Of a stretch of DNA of 48,211 nucleotides, positions 47,896-48,211 are shown piece by piece. Numbering within the stretch: the stretch's first letter is position 1; each line of letters begins with the position of its first letter. The notes below the pieces were generated by a model. The model saw only the letters and a program-made list of their open reading frames with translations. It ran no database searches and was not told the DNA's origin. This DNA is from Deltaproteobacteria bacterium (lineage in GTDB: Bacteria > Myxococcota_A > UBA9160 > SMWR01). The stretch lies in contig JAHEJV010000003.1 in assembly GCA_024638705.1 (NCBI GenBank), forward strand, positions 1-48,211, written 5' to 3'. The position numbers were made by a program, and so were the translations under genes.

Positions 47896-48211
47896 GTGCG
47901 GATCCTGATCCTCAACGAACGAGACCCCGAACACCCCGCCGCCGGCGGTGCGGAGACCCACGTCCACGAGGTGTTCCGTCGCCTCGTCGCGCGCGGTCAC
48001 GAGGTCACCGCGCTGGTTTCGTCGTTTCCCGGCGCGGCCCGGCGCAGCGAGCGCGACGGCATGCGCTTCGAACGCGTCGGGAAGGTGCCGGTCTACTACG
48101 CCCGAGCGGCGGCCGGCTGCGCGTGGCGCACCCGGAGAGGCACTGTCGACGTGGTCGTCGAGTGCCTGAACAAGATGCCGTTCCTCGCACCGCGTTATTC
48201 GGCGCGTCCCG
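47896..48211 (+). CDS. glycosyltransferase family 4 (GT-B) protein, N-terminal 105 codons (runs off the window end)
   Basis: Not in the track because there is no stop. From GTG 47896 my translation is VRILILNERDPEHPAAGGAETHVHEVFRRLVARGHEVTALVSSFPGAARRSERDGMRFERVG.... This is a typical GT4 N-terminus (GGAE), with G/C-rich third positions. Confidence 0.7.
   Translation, partial: MRILILNERDPEHPAAGGAETHVHEVFRRLVARGHEVTALVSSFPGAARRSERDGMRFERVGKVPVYYARAAAGCAWRTRRGTVDVVVECLNKMPFLAPRYSARP

Overview
GC-rich bacterial chromosomal window (codon third positions are almost uniformly G/C). It carries about 45 protein genes on both strands. By eye I find no rRNA, tRNA, CRISPR array, transposase or integrase. 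The content is core, envelope and metabolic. In order: partial oxoprolinase, murJ, a KamA-family radical-SAM enzyme translationally coupled to a Ddl-like ATP-grasp ligase, VanZ-like/AbgT/acyl-CoA ligase, cstA, two SDRs, DUF3179, rdgB-rph, an Amidase_3 enzyme, a DnaQ-like exonuclease, a VWA protein, yhhQ and an ampG-family MFS. Then pilT followed by a GAF/histidine-kinase-like protein, rpoZ, a Lys/Arg-repeat histone-H1-like protein, a 30-aa bS22-like peptide gene (TTG start, absent from the ORF track), mgtE behind a probable M-box leader, nitronate monooxygenase, PP2C and patatin. Finally an aminotransferase-hom-thrC-ribE operon, an NhaC-family antiporter, an H+-PPase and two glycosyltransferases. 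Most of the very long Arg/Gly/Asp-rich ORFs in the track are antisense or off-frame shadows of these genes. The host looks like a diderm, possibly delta-proteobacterial/Myxococcota-like (inference only). The most unusual signal is a dispersed 50-57-bp repeat family, with 7 clear copies at 4 loci plus 2 degenerate or fragmentary copies at 2 further loci. Each copy has a short hairpin whose stem sequence differs between copies but always pairs, followed by a conserved tail GCGCGCAGCGAG..CGAGCGAAGTCGAAAGG. Copies usually start within 0-25 nt of a stop codon in sense orientation, and one pair is read in frame at the 5' end of kamA. Other points worth a second look: the Ddl-like/KamA/MurJ operon, a histidine kinase whose phospho-acceptor His is Arg and which is co-transcribed with pilT, a VWA protein carrying an apparently inactivated trypsin-like domain, and several structured or unusually long non-coding regions.
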